From assembly GCA_963795115.1 (NCBI GenBank), contig CAWCGH010000003.1, positions 222,950 through 286,949 of the forward strand: a stretch of DNA of 64,000 nt, given 5' to 3'. This DNA is from an uncultured Actinomycetota bacterium. GTDB taxonomy: Bacteria; Actinomycetota; Actinomycetes; Propionibacteriales; Nocardioidaceae. Of this stretch, positions 50,686 through 62,248 are shown in pieces (position 1 is the first letter of the stretch; each line of letters begins with the position of its first letter). The notes beneath the pieces are model-generated. The model searched no databases. It saw only the letters and a list, made by a program, of their open reading frames with translations, and was not told where the DNA came from. Made by a program: the position numbers and the translations under genes.

Positions 50686-52650
50686 CTAGACGACGCTGAG
50701 CGGAAGCATCTGGCGCCCGGTTGGGCCGATCTGGATCTCCGTGCCCATCTCCGGGCACACCCCGCAGTCGTAGCAGGGCGTCCAGCGGCAGTCCTCGACC
50801 TCGAAGTCGGACTCCCCCGACGCGACGGCCAGGGCGTCCTCCCAGTCCGACCACAGCCAGTCCTTGTCGAGCCCGGAGTCGAGGTGGTCCCAGGGGAGCA
50901 CTTCGTCGTACTCGCGATCGCGGGTGGTGAACCAGTCCACGTCGACGCCGGTGCCCTCGAGCGCCACGTCGGCAGCGGTCATCCAGCGGTCATAGGAGAA
51001 GTGCTCGCTCCAGCCGTCGAAGCGGCCGCCGTCGCGCCAGACCTGCTCGATGATCGCGCCCACCCGGCGGTCGCCGCGGGACAGCAGGCCTTCGACGATG
51101 CCGGGCTGGCCGTCGTGGTAGCGGAAGCCGATGGCCCGGCCGTAGCGCTTGTCGGCGCGCACGGTCTCGCGCAGCTCGCGGAGGCGACGGTCGGTGGTCT
51201 CGACGTCGAGCTGGGCGGCCCACTGGAACGGCGTGTGCGGCTTGGGCACGAACCCGCCGATCGACACGGTGCAGCGGATGTCGTTGCGGCCGGAGACCTC
51301 ACGACCCTTGGCGATCACCTTCTTGGCGAGCTCGGCGATCTGCAGGACGTCGTCGTCGGTCTCGGTCGGGAGGCCGCACATGAAGTAGAGCTTCACCTGG
51401 CGCCAGCCGTGGGAGTACGCCGTCGCGACGGTGCGGATCAGGTCCTCCTCGGTGACCATCTTGTTGATCACCTTCCGCATCCGCTCGCTGCCTCCCTCGG
51501 GCGCGAACGTCAGGCCGGAGCGCCGGCCGTTGCGGGAGAACTCGTTGGCCAGGGTGATGTTGAACGCGTCGACCCGCGTCGACGGCAGCGACAGGGAGAC
51601 GTTGGAGCCCTCGTAGCGATCAGCCAGTCCCTTGGCCACCTCGCCGATCTCGGTGTGGTCGGCGCTCGACAGCGACAGCAGCCCGACCTCCTCGAAGCCG
51701 GTCTTCTTCACGCCGTTGTCGACCATCGCCCCGATCGTCTCGATCGAGCGCTCGCGCACCGGCCGGGTGATCATGCCGGCCTGGCAGAAACGACAGCCGC
51801 GCGTGCAGCCGCGGAAGATCTCGACACTGAACCGTTCGTGCACCGTCTCGGCGAGCGGCACCAGCGGGTTGGCCGGGTAGGGCCACGAGTCGAGGTCCAT
51901 CAGGGTGTGCTTGCGGACCCGGTCCGGGGCCCACGGACGATTCGGTACGACGCTCGCGATCTGCCCCTCGACGCCGTACGACACGTCGTAGAACTGGGGC
52001 ACGTAGACGGCACCGCTCACCGCGAGCCGACGCAGCAGCTCCTCGCGCCCACTTCCCATGGATCCAGCAGGGCAGCCCTCGCCCTTCCACTCGCGGATGA
52101 CGTCCGAGATCGCGAGCACGACCTCTTCGCCGTCACCCAGGACAGCGGCATCGACGAAACCAGCGATCGGCTCGGGGTTGAAGGCGGCGTGGCCGCCCGC
52201 GATGACGATCGGGTCCTCGTCGGTGCGGTCGACCGCCCGGATCGGGATGCCGGCGAGGTCGAGCGCGTTGAGCATGTTGGTGTAGCCGAGCTCGGTCGAG
52301 AAGCTCACGCCGAAGACGTCGAACGCGCCGACCGGCCGGTGGCCATCCACGGTGAACTGCGGGATGCCTTCCGCGCGCATCACGGCTTCCATGTCCGGCC
52401 ACACCGCGTAGGTGCGCTCGGCGAGGATCCACGGCCGCTCGTTGAGCACTTCGTAGAGGATCTGCACGCCCTGGTTGGGCAGACCGACCTCGTAGGCGTC
52501 TGGGTACATCAACGCCCAGCGCACCAGGGGGTCGACGGCGTCGTCGCCCCACTCCTTGACCACCGAGTTGAGCTCGCCACCGACGTACTGGATCGGCTTG
52601 GACACCGACAACAGGTGCGGCTCGAGGCGGGAGAAGAGGGACGCGGGCAT
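50686..52650 (-). CDS. Radical SAM protein (TIGR03960 type)
   Basis: CTRGCRFC motif; YPDAYEVG.PN.G; KLYFMCGLP; KPHTPFQW; terminal CxxCxxC. Confidence 0.9.
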   Translation of the reverse strand: MPASLFSRLEPHLLSVSKPIQYVGGELNSVVKEWGDDAVDPLVRWALMYPDAYEVGLPNQGVQILYEVLNERPWILAERTYAVWPDMEAVMRAEGIPQFTVDGHRPVGAFDVFGVSFSTELGYTNMLNALDLAGIPIRAVDRTDEDPIVIAGGHAAFNPEPIAGFVDAAVLGDGEEVVLAISDVIREWKGEGCPAGSMGSGREELLRRLAVSGAVYVPQFYDVSYGVEGQIASVVPNRPWAPDRVRKHTLMDLDSWPYPANPLVPLAETVHERFSVEIFRGCTRGCRFCQAGMITRPVRERSIETIGAMVDNGVKKTGFEEVGLLSLSSADHTEIGEVAKGLADRYEGSNVSLSLPSTRVDAFNITLANEFSRNGRRSGLTFAPEGGSERMRKVINKMVTEEDLIRTVATAYSHGWRQVKLYFMCGLPTETDDDVLQIAELAKKVIAKGREVSGRNDIRCTVSIGGFVPKPHTPFQWAAQLDVETTDRRLRELRETVRADKRYGRAIGFRYHDGQPGIVEGLLSRGDRRVGAIIEQVWRDGGRFDGWSEHFSYDRWMTAADVALEGTGVDVDWFTTRDREYDEVLPWDHLDSGLDKDWLWSDWEDALAVASGESDFEVEDCRWTPCYDCGVCPEMGTEIQIGPTGRQMLPLSVV

Positions 52651-52710
52651 GCGGCCAAGGGTACGGCGGCGCGCCGGGTCGGCCGAACTCGCGCGATCGT
52701 GACGAGGGGG

Positions 52711-53286
52711 CTAGTGCTGCGCCGCCCAGCCCGGGTCGCGGCCGAACGACGCGATCAGGTCGTCCTGGGGGTCGCCGGTCCCGGCCGCCGCCGGCCCGAT
52801 CGCCCCGGCTCCGCGGTAGAGCTCCTCCCGATCCGCGAACCAGGCGGCGATCGCCGCCACCACCTCCGGGTCGAACCGCCGGTCGCCGCCGGTCGCGGCG
52901 GCGAGGTCCCATCCGTGGACCAGGTGGTCGGCGGCGATCTGGGTGACGTACTCGTCGACCGGGGTGTCTCCGAAGGACAGGGCGACCGTTCCGCCCTCCG
53001 GGATCCGCGTGGCAGCCGCCGCCACGGCGTCCTCGGCCGCCGCGAGCGATGCCGCAGCCGGGTCGTCGCCGAGCAGATCGCCCTCGAACTGGTCACCGAC
53101 GTCCTCGATCGAGGAGCCGGCGAAGAGGGGCAACGCCCACTTGTTCTCGTAGGTCACGTGGTTCACCAGCTCCCGCACCGACCAGTCCTCGCACGGTGTC
53201 GAGTCCGACCATGCGTCGTCAGGTACCGCGGCCACCCGGTCGTTCCAGGCGTCAACAGTGCGGCGGTACAGCTCTTCCGGGTCCAT
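52711..53286 (-). CDS. TIGR03086 / MDMPI-N family metal-binding protein
   Basis: WSDSTPCEDWSVRELVNHV, DHLVHGWDLA, FGRDP. Confidence 0.85.
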   Translation of the reverse strand: MDPEELYRRTVDAWNDRVAAVPDDAWSDSTPCEDWSVRELVNHVTYENKWALPLFAGSSIEDVGDQFEGDLLGDDPAAASLAAAEDAVAAAATRIPEGGTVALSFGDTPVDEYVTQIAADHLVHGWDLAAATGGDRRFDPEVVAAIAAWFADREELYRGAGAIGPAAAGTGDPQDDLIASFGRDPGWAAQH

Positions 53287-54266
53287 CAGATCTCTCCCGT
53301 CTCGAAGGCAAGCCGGGCTTGTCCCAGCCACCAGATGAGTCCTTGTCGTTCCCGCTCACGCACTGCTTCGTCTGGGTGCTCGACGATGTCGAGCGCCTTG
53401 TTCCAGCCCAGCCAGGCGACGGCGCCGAGCAGCGACAGGAGCAGCGAGACCTCATCGCGGTCGGCCCCGGCCACCTCGCGCTGGATCGCGGTGAACTCGT
53501 CGAAGGTCACCTCGAGGATGTGAGCGCTGCCGACGAGCAGTCGGGCGACGTCAATCTCGGCCGGGCCGACCGTGGCAACGCCCCAGTCGAACAACGTCAC
53601 GACACCCGGCTCGAAGGCGAGGTTGACGGTCGAGGCGTCGCCGTGGAGCAGCGTCGAAGGCCGGGCCTCCATCGCGCGCACGAGCGGGGTCCCGTCCAAC
53701 GCGAGCGCCAGGACCCGTTGGCCGACCTCGTCCGGTGCGACCTCGGCGAAGTACTCCCAGCCCCGCAGCGCCGCGTCGACAAGGCCGTTGCCCGCGAACG
53801 GCCTGATCCGGTCGGGCTCGAAGAGCCTCACGACGTCTTCGAGGCTGTTCGGCATGACCAGGGTCCGGCCGCGGTACGCCGAGTGGAAGTCGGCGAGTCG
53901 CTGCAGAAGGAACCGGACCTGCTCCGCGGAGAGCACGTCGTCCCAAGTGAGTACGGCGTCGCCGAGGTCGCGCATGACGACCACGCCGCGGCCTTCGTCG
54001 TCGTACCAGGCACCGAGGATGGGGTGCCGCACCGTCGGCGGAAGGTCGTCGAGCACACCGCTGAGGAAGATCTCGACCTCACGGCCGCGGTCGTCGCCGA
54101 TCATCCGCATGACCAGGTCCGCGGCGGGGTCGTAGCGCTTCACGACGACGAGCCGCCCGTCCGCGAGCGTCACCCGTTCGAGAGCCGCTCCGGACCGCCC
54201 GTCCTCCCCGAGAGGACCCAGCGCGGTCGCCGATTCCAGCGCGGCCCGGTCGATCAGTGCGGCCAT
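53286..54266 (-). CDS. Aminoglycoside/choline-kinase-like phosphotransferase
   Basis: GRSGA loop, VVKR, TLLHGD...NL, LFDWG. Confidence 0.8.
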   Translation of the reverse strand: MAALIDRAALESATALGPLGEDGRSGAALERVTLADGRLVVVKRYDPAADLVMRMIGDDRGREVEIFLSGVLDDLPPTVRHPILGAWYDDEGRGVVVMRDLGDAVLTWDDVLSAEQVRFLLQRLADFHSAYRGRTLVMPNSLEDVVRLFEPDRIRPFAGNGLVDAALRGWEYFAEVAPDEVGQRVLALALDGTPLVRAMEARPSTLLHGDASTVNLAFEPGVVTLFDWGVATVGPAEIDVARLLVGSAHILEVTFDEFTAIQREVAGADRDEVSLLLSLLGAVAWLGWNKALDIVEHPDEAVRERERQGLIWWLGQARLAFETGEI

Positions 54267-54376
54267 GCCCCTATGGTGCCTCCGACCGACCGGGCGGCGC
54301 ATCATCCGGCGGGTTAGAGCTGTCAGCGCGCCGGGCGGCTGTCGATGCGCTCAGGTCGTCCCGGCAGACTGGTCGC

Positions 54377-55252
54377 GTGCACCGCACGACACCTCACCCG
54401 GCCTCTTTCGCTCTGGCTGCGGCTCTCCTGCTCGGAGGCTGCTCGGACGAGCCGACCACGGACCCCGACCGGATCGTGCTGCGTCCGCCGGCGGAGGGCG
54501 CCGACCACACCCACGCCCCGGGCGAATCGGACCCGGCGCCGGTCGGCGACGGCACCACGGCGAGCGCCAGCGGCTACCGACTCGTCGACCTCAGCCTCCC
54601 CGGGCCGACCGACGGCCCCGGAGACCTGCGCTTCCGGATCCTCGGGCCGGACGGGCTGCCGGTCACCGACTACACCCAGCAGCAGACCAAGCTGATGCAC
54701 CTGTACGTCGTACGCACGGACTATGCGGTCTACCGCCACCTCCACCCCACCCTGGACGACGACGGCACCTGGACGGTCCCGGTCGACCTGTCGGCGTCGG
54801 GCGGCTACCGGGTGATCGCCGACTTCCTGCCGACCGGTGCCGAGCGCCCGGTCGTGCTGGGCCAGGAGACCCTGCTGCCTCCGGCCGGGCCCCCCGCGCG
54901 GGTGCCCACGGTGAGCGAGGACGACGACGGCGTGGTCCGGGTGCGGGTCGCCAGCACCGGCAGCGTCGGGCCGGACGGCAGGCTCCGCCTGGTCGTGAGC
55001 ACCTCGGACGGCGAGCCGGTCGCGCTCGGCTCCTACCTCGGCACCTCCGCGCACGTCTCCGGGTTCCGGAGGAGCGTCCGCGACCAGGTCTTCGTCCACC
55101 TCCACCCGTACGGCGAACCCGAGCAGGCCGCGGACGGCATGATGCTGACGTTCCACACGACGTTCGAACGACCCGGCGACTACCTACTCTTCGTGCAGGT
55201 ACGGGTCGACGGGATCGTGCACACGGTGCCGGTCACGGCAGCCGTCTCGTAG
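54377..55252 (+). CDS. His-motif secreted lipoprotein, probably heavy-metal (Cu) associated
   Basis: Lipobox LLGGC; HTH; MHLYVVRTD...HLHP; YLG..AHV...FVHLHP; Y.LFVQ....G.VHT. Confidence 0.65.
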   Translation: MHRTTPHPASFALAAALLLGGCSDEPTTDPDRIVLRPPAEGADHTHAPGESDPAPVGDGTTASASGYRLVDLSLPGPTDGPGDLRFRILGPDGLPVTDYTQQQTKLMHLYVVRTDYAVYRHLHPTLDDDGTWTVPVDLSASGGYRVIADFLPTGAERPVVLGQETLLPPAGPPARVPTVSEDDDGVVRVRVASTGSVGPDGRLRLVVSTSDGEPVALGSYLGTSAHVSGFRRSVRDQVFVHLHPYGEPEQAADGMMLTFHTTFERPGDYLLFVQVRVDGIVHTVPVTAAVS

Positions 55253-55272
55253 CGCTCAGCGCCCCCCGAGGC

Positions 55273-57005
<1,733 letters not shown>

Positions 57006-57077
57006 CTGCCCATGCTCACAGTGAAACGCGTCGAGCACCGAGGAATGTGGAAGCCCGCTGGAAAACCTTGAGCCGAC

Positions 57078-58712
57078 CTACTCGACGTCGACGGTGAGCG
57101 TGGTGACCGGGTTGTCGAACTCGTCGATCCGCAGGCTGACCTGGACCTTCCACTCCCCCGGCTTCGGGAAGCTGACCGTCGCCAGGAAGGTGCCGGTGCC
57201 CGTCGGCGTGACCGGCACGGTACCCAGGTCGACCCCGGTGGTGCGGAGCGACACCTCCGGTCGCTCACCCAGGTCGACGGGCTCACCGCTCAGGTCCTGT
57301 ACCTGCACCAGCAGCTGTCGCTGACGTCCGGGCGTCCTGTCGAGCACCGCCAGCACCTGCAGGTCACCGACGACCGCCCGGGCGACGTCGGACGCCGGTG
57401 CCGCAGGGACCGCCGTCGGCTCGGCGCGCGGCGGTTGCTCGACAAGGAAGCCGGTGACACCCAGCAGGCCGACCAACAGGGCGGCTTCGAGGAGGACCAC
57501 CCGGCGGACGGCGAACGTCGCGCGCCTCCTGGTCTCGTGGGGACCGTCGCTGACGCTCGGGAGCACACGGAAGCGGTTGAACGCCGCGACCGCGCCGACG
57601 GCTGCCGCGATCCCGACCTTCACCAGCAGCAATCGCCCGTACGTGGTGTCGACCAGGCCGCTCCAAGAGCCCAGGATCCGCCAGCCCAGCAGTACACCCG
57701 CGACCGCGAGCACGCCGAGCAGGCCGGCGGCGGCGGTTGAGAATCGGCTCAGTACGAGCGCACCGTCGCGCTCGCGGCCGGCGAGCGACGGGAGGACAAC
57801 GGCCAACCCCACCAGGCCGCCGAGCCAGACCGCCCCGGCACTGAGGTGCAGGGCGTCGGTCAGGACGAGGAGCGACACCGGTTCGTAGGCGCGGGTATGG
57901 CCGACCAGAGCCGGGGACCAGACCGCCAGCCCTGCGCCGATATCGCCCGCCAGCGAAGGCGTCCGGCGGCCCGCCATGACGACCGCCAGGCCGAGGCCCA
58001 TCACCTGGAGAGCGAAAACGGTGAGGTCGTCCCCGATCAGCTGCAGGTCGAAGGACGCCGACTCGAGCAGGCCACCGGCACCGGCTCCGCGCTGATAGGC
58101 CCCGGAGACGGCCACCCCGATCGCGGCGACGGCCACCGCGGCGATGGCCGAGCCCCGTTGGAACAGCAGCAGGCGCCTTCGCACGGCGTCCTGAAGGCGG
58201 ACGCCGCGCGAGATCCAGGACAGGAAGATGGTGAGGCCGCCTGCCAGCAACAGGGCCAGGTAGGACAGCGCCTGGACGACGCTGGCCACGTCCCGCATGG
58301 CGGAGTCGTCCGTGACCGGAGAGTCACGCGGAGGTACGACGCTCTCGCTCGGCGCCCCGACGTGGAAGGTCAGGGAACCGGCGATCGGGTGACCGTCGGA
58401 GGACACGACCCGCCAGGCGACGACGTAGGTGCCGTCGCCAAGATCGTCGGGCAGGTCGGCGGTCACCACGACGTCGCGCGCGGACGCGTCGACGTCGACC
58501 GGCTCGCCGGAGGCGTCGTACGCCTGGATCGAGTCGCCGGCCAGAGACACCGGCTCGTTGAAGGTGAAGGTGACCATGTCCGGCGCCTCGGGCACGACCG
58601 CGCCCTCCGCCGGGTCGGTCGAGACCAGGGAGGCGTGCGCCGACGCCGGCGCGCCCGCCGAGCCCACGAGGAGCCCGGCGAGCAGCACCGACGCCAGCAC
58701 ACGCCTGACCAT
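57078..58712 (-). CDS. Copper resistance CopC-CopD fusion (YcnJ-like)
   Basis: AHASLVSTDPAEGA, WRVVSSDGHPI, GHTRA, HLSAGAVWLGG, YGRLLLVK. Confidence 0.9.
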   Translation of the reverse strand: MVRRVLASVLLAGLLVGSAGAPASAHASLVSTDPAEGAVVPEAPDMVTFTFNEPVSLAGDSIQAYDASGEPVDVDASARDVVVTADLPDDLGDGTYVVAWRVVSSDGHPIAGSLTFHVGAPSESVVPPRDSPVTDDSAMRDVASVVQALSYLALLLAGGLTIFLSWISRGVRLQDAVRRRLLLFQRGSAIAAVAVAAIGVAVSGAYQRGAGAGGLLESASFDLQLIGDDLTVFALQVMGLGLAVVMAGRRTPSLAGDIGAGLAVWSPALVGHTRAYEPVSLLVLTDALHLSAGAVWLGGLVGLAVVLPSLAGRERDGALVLSRFSTAAAGLLGVLAVAGVLLGWRILGSWSGLVDTTYGRLLLVKVGIAAAVGAVAAFNRFRVLPSVSDGPHETRRRATFAVRRVVLLEAALLVGLLGVTGFLVEQPPRAEPTAVPAAPASDVARAVVGDLQVLAVLDRTPGRQRQLLVQVQDLSGEPVDLGERPEVSLRTTGVDLGTVPVTPTGTGTFLATVSFPKPGEWKVQVSLRIDEFDNPVTTLTVDVE

Positions 58713-58717
58713 CGCGG

Positions 58718-59416
58718 CTACGCCCTCCGGCTCCGAACCAGCGCGATCCCTCCGATGACGATCCCGGCGATGCCGGTGCCGAGGCCGGCGAGGGCGAGGC
58801 CGTTGCCGTCCTCGTCCGCCTCGCCATCCGTTGACGCTGCGGGCGCCTCGTCCGATTCCTCGGCGTCGTGGCCGTGGCCGTCACCCTCGGCCTCGGTGAT
58901 CGTCACCAGCGGCGCCGGGTGCTCGAGCTCCTCGGCGTCCTGACCCTCCTCGGCGACCTCGGTCCAGCCGGTCTCGCCTTCCGTGCAGGTCTGGACGATC
59001 GGGAACGCGAAGGTCTCGCCGACCGCGTCGGGCAGCTGGACCGACAGCTCGAAGGTGTCGCGGTCCGGGTCCGGCAGTGGCTCCTTGGCGGTGTAGACGA
59101 CGACGGCCTCGCGCTCGGTGATCTCGTTGCCGTGGGCGTCCTCGATCGGCTCCGCGAGCGGCTCGCTCCGGACCTCGAGGTCCCAGTAGGGGTTGCGGGT
59201 CGCGGTGACCTGCGGGATCTCCTCGGGCATGGAGATCGCGACCTTGGTGGTGGCCGAGCCGTCGCAGCCGTGCGGCACGCTCACGGTGAGGACGGCGTAC
59301 GAGCCCGCCGCCGTGGTGTTGGGCGAGATCGTGACGTGCGCGGACGCCGGGGCGACGGCGAGGGCCAGTGCTCCCGCCGCGCCGGCGGCGGGCAGGACGA
59401 TACGTCGGATGTGCAT
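58718..59416 (-). CDS. YcnI-family (DUF1775) copper-binding membrane protein
   Basis: AHVTI, VPHGCD, FPIVQTC...W, C-terminal TM anchor. Confidence 0.9.
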   Translation of the reverse strand: MHIRRIVLPAAGAAGALALAVAPASAHVTISPNTTAAGSYAVLTVSVPHGCDGSATTKVAISMPEEIPQVTATRNPYWDLEVRSEPLAEPIEDAHGNEITEREAVVVYTAKEPLPDPDRDTFELSVQLPDAVGETFAFPIVQTCTEGETGWTEVAEEGQDAEELEHPAPLVTITEAEGDGHGHDAEESDEAPAASTDGEADEDGNGLALAGLGTGIAGIVIGGIALVRSRRA

Positions 59417-59495
59417 GGTTGTTCCTTGTCTGAAGATTGGTGGATGGCAGGCAGGTGCGGCCACCGATCAGCCAGGAACAGTCCGGGAGGTTCGG

Positions 59496-60041
59496 TCAGG
59501 CGGCCGCGGGCAGTGCCGACGGCGGTCCGCGCGTCGGTAGTGCCGTCACGCGACGCCCGGCAGGCGTCGGCCGGCTGTCGTGCGCCGTGAACCGGGCCCG
59601 GTGCGGGATGTCCGGGGTCGGCGAGTCGGTCCAGCCGAGGAGTACGTCGACGGCGCGCCGCCGCACCACCCACGCGACCGCCGCGACCAGTCCCGCGGCA
59701 ACGTGCGCGAGCAGCATCGGCCAGGTCAGACCGAGCAGCACGTCGGCACCCGATCCGTGCGGGTGCGCACCCGTGCCCGCGGTGAGAGTGGCCAGCCAGG
59801 CGTGCGAGAGAACCTGCAGCCCGACAAGGACCGGCACCATCACCCGCACGGGTGCCCGGCCGCGAAGGACCAGCAGGCTCGCGCCGTACGCCGTCACCGC
59901 GATCGCCACCAGCCAGCCCGCGGACGGCAGCGTGCCACCGGCGGCGGTGTGCGCGATCGCGAGTGCGGCCGTGGCCTCCACTGCCGTGAGTCCTGCGGAC
60001 AGGCGGACCCCGGACCGGGGCACCTCGCGCAGGATCAGCAC
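59496..60041 (-). CDS. His-containing small membrane protein upstream of ycnI
   Basis: AHTAAGG.LP, QVLSHAWL, HPHG, MLLAHVAAG; co-oriented with the Cu genes. Confidence 0.65.
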   Translation of the reverse strand: MLILREVPRSGVRLSAGLTAVEATAALAIAHTAAGGTLPSAGWLVAIAVTAYGASLLVLRGRAPVRVMVPVLVGLQVLSHAWLATLTAGTGAHPHGSGADVLLGLTWPMLLAHVAAGLVAAVAWVVRRRAVDVLLGWTDSPTPDIPHRARFTAHDSRPTPAGRRVTALPTRGPPSALPAAA

Positions 60042-60378
60042 GCGAACATGATGCCGTACTGGATTCCATTCACGTCCGGCTGGGGCTATGACTCCGCGGC
60101 GTCGTGGCCGTCGCGGTGATGACCACGCCACTTTGGTTCTTCGTCGTTGCTCGGGGGACGAGCCTGACGAATGACCCTTTCCTGCTCGCTCTCGCAATCC
60201 TGTCGGGTGCCGTGACTGTGCTGGGCTGTCTGCTTGCGAGCGGCGGTTGCGGGCGGGTGGGTCGACACGCGGACGTACCAAAGTGCAAGCGTCTCGATAC
60301 GTCCTCGCGCCAGAGCGCTCGGACTACTCGACGAGCGATATTCGACATGATGCGGACACGCCGATGGCGGACAGAGGG

Positions 60379-62238
60379 TCAGCCGACCGCTGCCTCGGCC
60401 TGTTCGACCAGCGGCTTCACGACGTCGACCGCGCGGATCCTGCCGCTGATCGCCCCGGTCCCACCCGGGTCGAACTCGACTGCCGTTGGGATGCCGATGA
60501 GGAGCCCGGCGTTGTCGATCGCCATGCCGCCGGAGTTGCCGGGCGTGATCCGCGCTTCGGTGTCGAACTCCCAGTGCGACCCGAGGTCGGGATCGGTGAG
60601 CACGGTCGAGATGGCGCCGGTCGTGACCGTGATCGAATCAACCGATCCGGACAGTGCCGGGAAGCCGAGCACCGTGACGTCGTCGCCGGCTCGCAGCGCG
60701 GCCGACTCCCCGATCGAGACGGCGGGGAGGTCGAGCCCGCCGTCGAGCGCAGAACCATCCGCGTTGGCGTAGATCTGGATGACCGCAGCGTCGAGGACAC
60801 CGTCGGCTGCGACGACGCGCGCGCGGTACTCCGGGTCCGAGGTGGTGTCGGTCGAACCGTCAGTGGTGGAGATGAGGAGGAACTCGGGATTGGCGATCGC
60901 GGCCGCCGGCCCGTACTGGTCGACGATGCCCGGCGACTCGGGGGCCGCGACGTGCGCATTGGTCAGGATCAGCCCGTCCGACCTGATGATCGAGCCGGAG
61001 CCGCCGTACACGAACTGCTCGTCGGGGTTCTCCAGCGAGTGGCTCTCGGCAATGATCCGCACCGTCGCAGCCTTCGCGGCGTCCAGCTCCTCGTCGGTGA
61101 CCTCGTCGGGCGAGCCGGACCCGTCGCTCGAGTCGGTCTCGTCGATGGTCGGCTCCGACGTCGCGTCGGCAGCGGTCGGATCGTCGTCACCGTCGTCGCG
61201 CCCCAGGAGTACCGCGACCGCGGCGATGCCCAGGATCAGGACGAGTACGCCGGCAGCGATGCCCGCGAACAACAGGTTGCGCCCAAGCCGACGGCGGGCG
61301 ATCCGCTTCTCCTCCTCGACGGCCGAGAGGATCGGCACCAGCGTGACCTCGGGGCCCGCGACCGGGTGGCCGAGCCGCAGCTCGGTGCGGTCGTCGAACT
61401 TCTTGGAGGTGATCCGGCGCCCGTCGAGGAAGGTGCCCTCGTTGGACTGGTTCGTGTAGGTCCAGGCGCCGGGGACGCTGGCCACGGTGCCGTGCATGCG
61501 GGACGCGGCCGGGTCCTTGAGCACGACCGTGCAGTCCGGCAGCCGGCCGATGGTGATCTGGGCCGGGTGGCGGAACCGGTGCTCCTGACCTTCCGCGACG
61601 AGCAGCAGGTCAGGACCGGAGCGCACCGGCGGCGGCCCACCGGGGGTGGCTCCCCCGCCGGGCTGGGCGGCCAGCACCTGTGTCTGGTCGAGGCCGGCCG
61701 GGATCAGCTGCGGCGGCTGGGCGGGCGACGGGCGGGCGACCGGGCTGCCCGGGGGTGCGGGCGGAACCGGCCGCGACGGAGGGGCTGCGGGCGGCGGTGA
61801 GGGTGGCGGTGGGGGCGGCGGCGCGAAGCGCGAGTGCGCGGCCGGCCGCTTTCCCGGCGCGGGGGGAATCGTCGGCTCGTCGAGCGCGGGCGGTGGCGGC
61901 GGAGCCGGCGCGCGTACCGACGCCTGCACCTCCTCCGACGCCATCGAGGCCGGCGAGATGATCAGATCCGATCCGGTCGAGATCGGGCCGCAGCGGACCA
62001 GGGTCCTGCCCCTGATCGTGTGCTCGACGACGCGGACGCCGTTGACGTAGGTCCCGAACTGGCTGCCGGTGTCGACCAGCACCCACAACCCGTCCACCGG
62101 ACGGAGCTCGGCGTGCTGGCGGGAGACCGACCCGGCGGTGAGGACGATCTCCGCATCGATGGCGCGGCCGATCCTGATCACGGAGCTCCCCTCGAGGCGA
62201 AGGACGCGACCGTCCACCTCGACCACCAACGGCGACAT
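60379..62238 (-). CDS. FHA-Pro linker-FHA-TM-trypsin-like serine protease
   Basis: Two GR...SxxH...G FHA motifs; TM helix after RRRLGR; triad TNAHV / DAAVI / GNSGG. Confidence 0.85.
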   Translation of the reverse strand: MSPLVVEVDGRVLRLEGSSVIRIGRAIDAEIVLTAGSVSRQHAELRPVDGLWVLVDTGSQFGTYVNGVRVVEHTIRGRTLVRCGPISTGSDLIISPASMASEEVQASVRAPAPPPPPALDEPTIPPAPGKRPAAHSRFAPPPPPPPSPPPAAPPSRPVPPAPPGSPVARPSPAQPPQLIPAGLDQTQVLAAQPGGGATPGGPPPVRSGPDLLLVAEGQEHRFRHPAQITIGRLPDCTVVLKDPAASRMHGTVASVPGAWTYTNQSNEGTFLDGRRITSKKFDDRTELRLGHPVAGPEVTLVPILSAVEEEKRIARRRLGRNLLFAGIAAGVLVLILGIAAVAVLLGRDDGDDDPTAADATSEPTIDETDSSDGSGSPDEVTDEELDAAKAATVRIIAESHSLENPDEQFVYGGSGSIIRSDGLILTNAHVAAPESPGIVDQYGPAAAIANPEFLLISTTDGSTDTTSDPEYRARVVAADGVLDAAVIQIYANADGSALDGGLDLPAVSIGESAALRAGDDVTVLGFPALSGSVDSITVTTGAISTVLTDPDLGSHWEFDTEARITPGNSGGMAIDNAGLLIGIPTAVEFDPGGTGAISGRIRAVDVVKPLVEQAEAAVG

Positions 62239-62248
62239 GGGCATGAGC

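Noticed and set aside
60104-60345. Hydrophobic two-helix ORF start (MTTPLWFFVV...LGCLLAS)
   Set aside because: No RBS or promoter evidence, and it runs antisense into the protease gene; may be a relic but cannot be supported
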